NCBI GenBank assembly: GCA_000004985.1
Contig: GG739079.1
DNA from: Naegleria gruberi
Taxonomy: Eukaryota
Length of the DNA stretch: 8,226 bases
Strand: one strand, 5' to 3'
The position numbers and the translations under genes were made by a program. Each line of letters opens with the position of its first letter. Position 1 is the stretch's first letter. Positions 7,825 through 8,226 of the stretch are shown here, piece after piece. The notes below the pieces were generated by a model. That model did no database searches. It saw nothing but the letters and a program-made list of their open reading frames with translations, and was not told the DNA's origin.

Positions 7825-8077
7825 TTGTCTTTTTCCAACAAATATTTAATTTGCCGATGAAAACAAACCTCAATGCATTCACTATTGACCATTCTTTGAT
7901 TATTACATTTCTGGAGTACTTTTTTGGATGTTCTTTCACATGGGTAAATATTGAATAATGACAGTCCATTGTCAACTTCGTTAATCACTTGATTAGTTCT
8001 TAATTCTAATTTTATTTAACAATATCACTAAGTTAGGATTTTAACTGATTAATATTTATCAATTTAAGATATTGAAT

Positions 8078-8196
8078 GGCTACGGCCATATCACGATGAA
8101 TGCACCTCATCCCGTCCGATTTGAGAAGTTAAGCATCGTCGAGCCACATCAGTACTGAGGTTGGAGACAACTTGGGAACCTGTGGTGCTGTAGTCT
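8078..8196 (+). rRNA. 5S ribosomal RNA gene (eukaryotic, RNA polymerase III transcribed), complete
   Basis: GGCTACGGCCATATCACGATGAATGCACCTCATCCCGTCCGATTTGAGAAGTTAAGCATCGTCGAGCC...AGTACTGAGGTTGGAGACAACTTGGGAACCTGTGGTGCTGTAGTC. Universally conserved 5S blocks are present: CCAUA, CCCGUCCGAU, AAGUUAAGC, AGUAC and GGGAA. The 5' GGCUACGGC pairs with the 3' GCUGUAGUC to form helix I. Length is ~119 nt. Confidence 0.9.
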
Positions 8197-8200
8197 TTTT
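8196..8200 (+). terminator. RNA polymerase III terminator T-run (TTTTT, followed by GCTTTT) immediately after the 5S gene
   Basis: tagtc TTTTT gc TTTT at the 3' end of the 5S gene. A run of at least 4 T is the canonical Pol III terminator. Confidence 0.6.
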
Positions 8201-8226
8201 GCTTTTATTACTTTATTACTAGTGTA

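Noticed and set aside
6702-8045. Shared 10-11-mer AGTTAGGATTT at ~6708 and ~8030
   Set aside because: A single short match in 8 kb of AT-rich DNA is expected by chance. There is no extended flanking similarity to suggest a repeat family or inverted-repeat element.
1-8226. Prokaryotic defence or mobile-element content (CRISPR arrays, IS/transposase ORFs, toxin-antitoxin pairs)
   Set aside because: No direct-repeat/spacer periodicity, no terminal inverted repeats and no transposase-like ORFs. A eukaryotic 5S with a Pol III T-run, AATAAA signals and implied spliceosomal introns show this is eukaryotic nuclear DNA.

Overview
AT-rich (~30-35% GC), gene-dense eukaryotic nuclear sequence from a draft assembly, with a 3,893-nt run of N (1703..5595) in the middle. 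No prokaryotic-type features were seen: no CRISPR array, IS elements or operon-like organisation. Supported content is as follows. (1) A minus-strand, intron-free homocysteine S-methyltransferase gene (complement 1..1008). It runs off the left edge and carries the conserved Hcy-binding-domain motifs DGG, DFILLETMP, GANC and YPNSGE. (2) Two partial minus-strand coding fragments flank the assembly gap. The 1673-aa ORF in the supplied track is an artefact of translating N as X. The left flank is a C-terminal fragment (complement 1548..1702) that reads in a different frame from the track ORF, and it is followed by a canonical AATAAA signal. The right flank is the N-terminal 333 codons of an SF2 DExH-type helicase-like protein (complement 5596..6595). 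It shows DEAH and TAT motifs and helicase domain-2-like sequence, but no canonical Walker A in the visible region. (3) A plus-strand cysteine-rich region at 6784..7091 has strong tenascin-type EGF signatures (CSYHGKC...; CSGNGNCSSPNNCTCSQGFLGYDCS). It is split across two reading frames, which implies a short GT..AG intron (6893..6963 or 6884..6963) or a frameshift. No in-frame ATG is visible. (4) A minus-strand 112-aa ORF (7486..7824) has RNI-like leucine-rich-repeat character. Overlapping upstream ORFs in other frames hint at a short 5' intron. (5) A complete eukaryotic 5S rRNA gene lies at 8078..8196 (+), with a T5 Pol III terminator. Secondary observations are a dispersed TTCAAT/TTCAAC motif cluster in the 1144..1354 intergenic region, a GC-rich island at 1411..1486, a candidate two-exon micro-gene at 7195..7467, and a very short (~190 bp) divergent intergenic region between the helicase-like and EGF-like genes. 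I could not identify an unusual defence or mobile system. The gap artefact, the Walker-A-less helicase and the unresolved EGF-like gene structure are the most checkable oddities.
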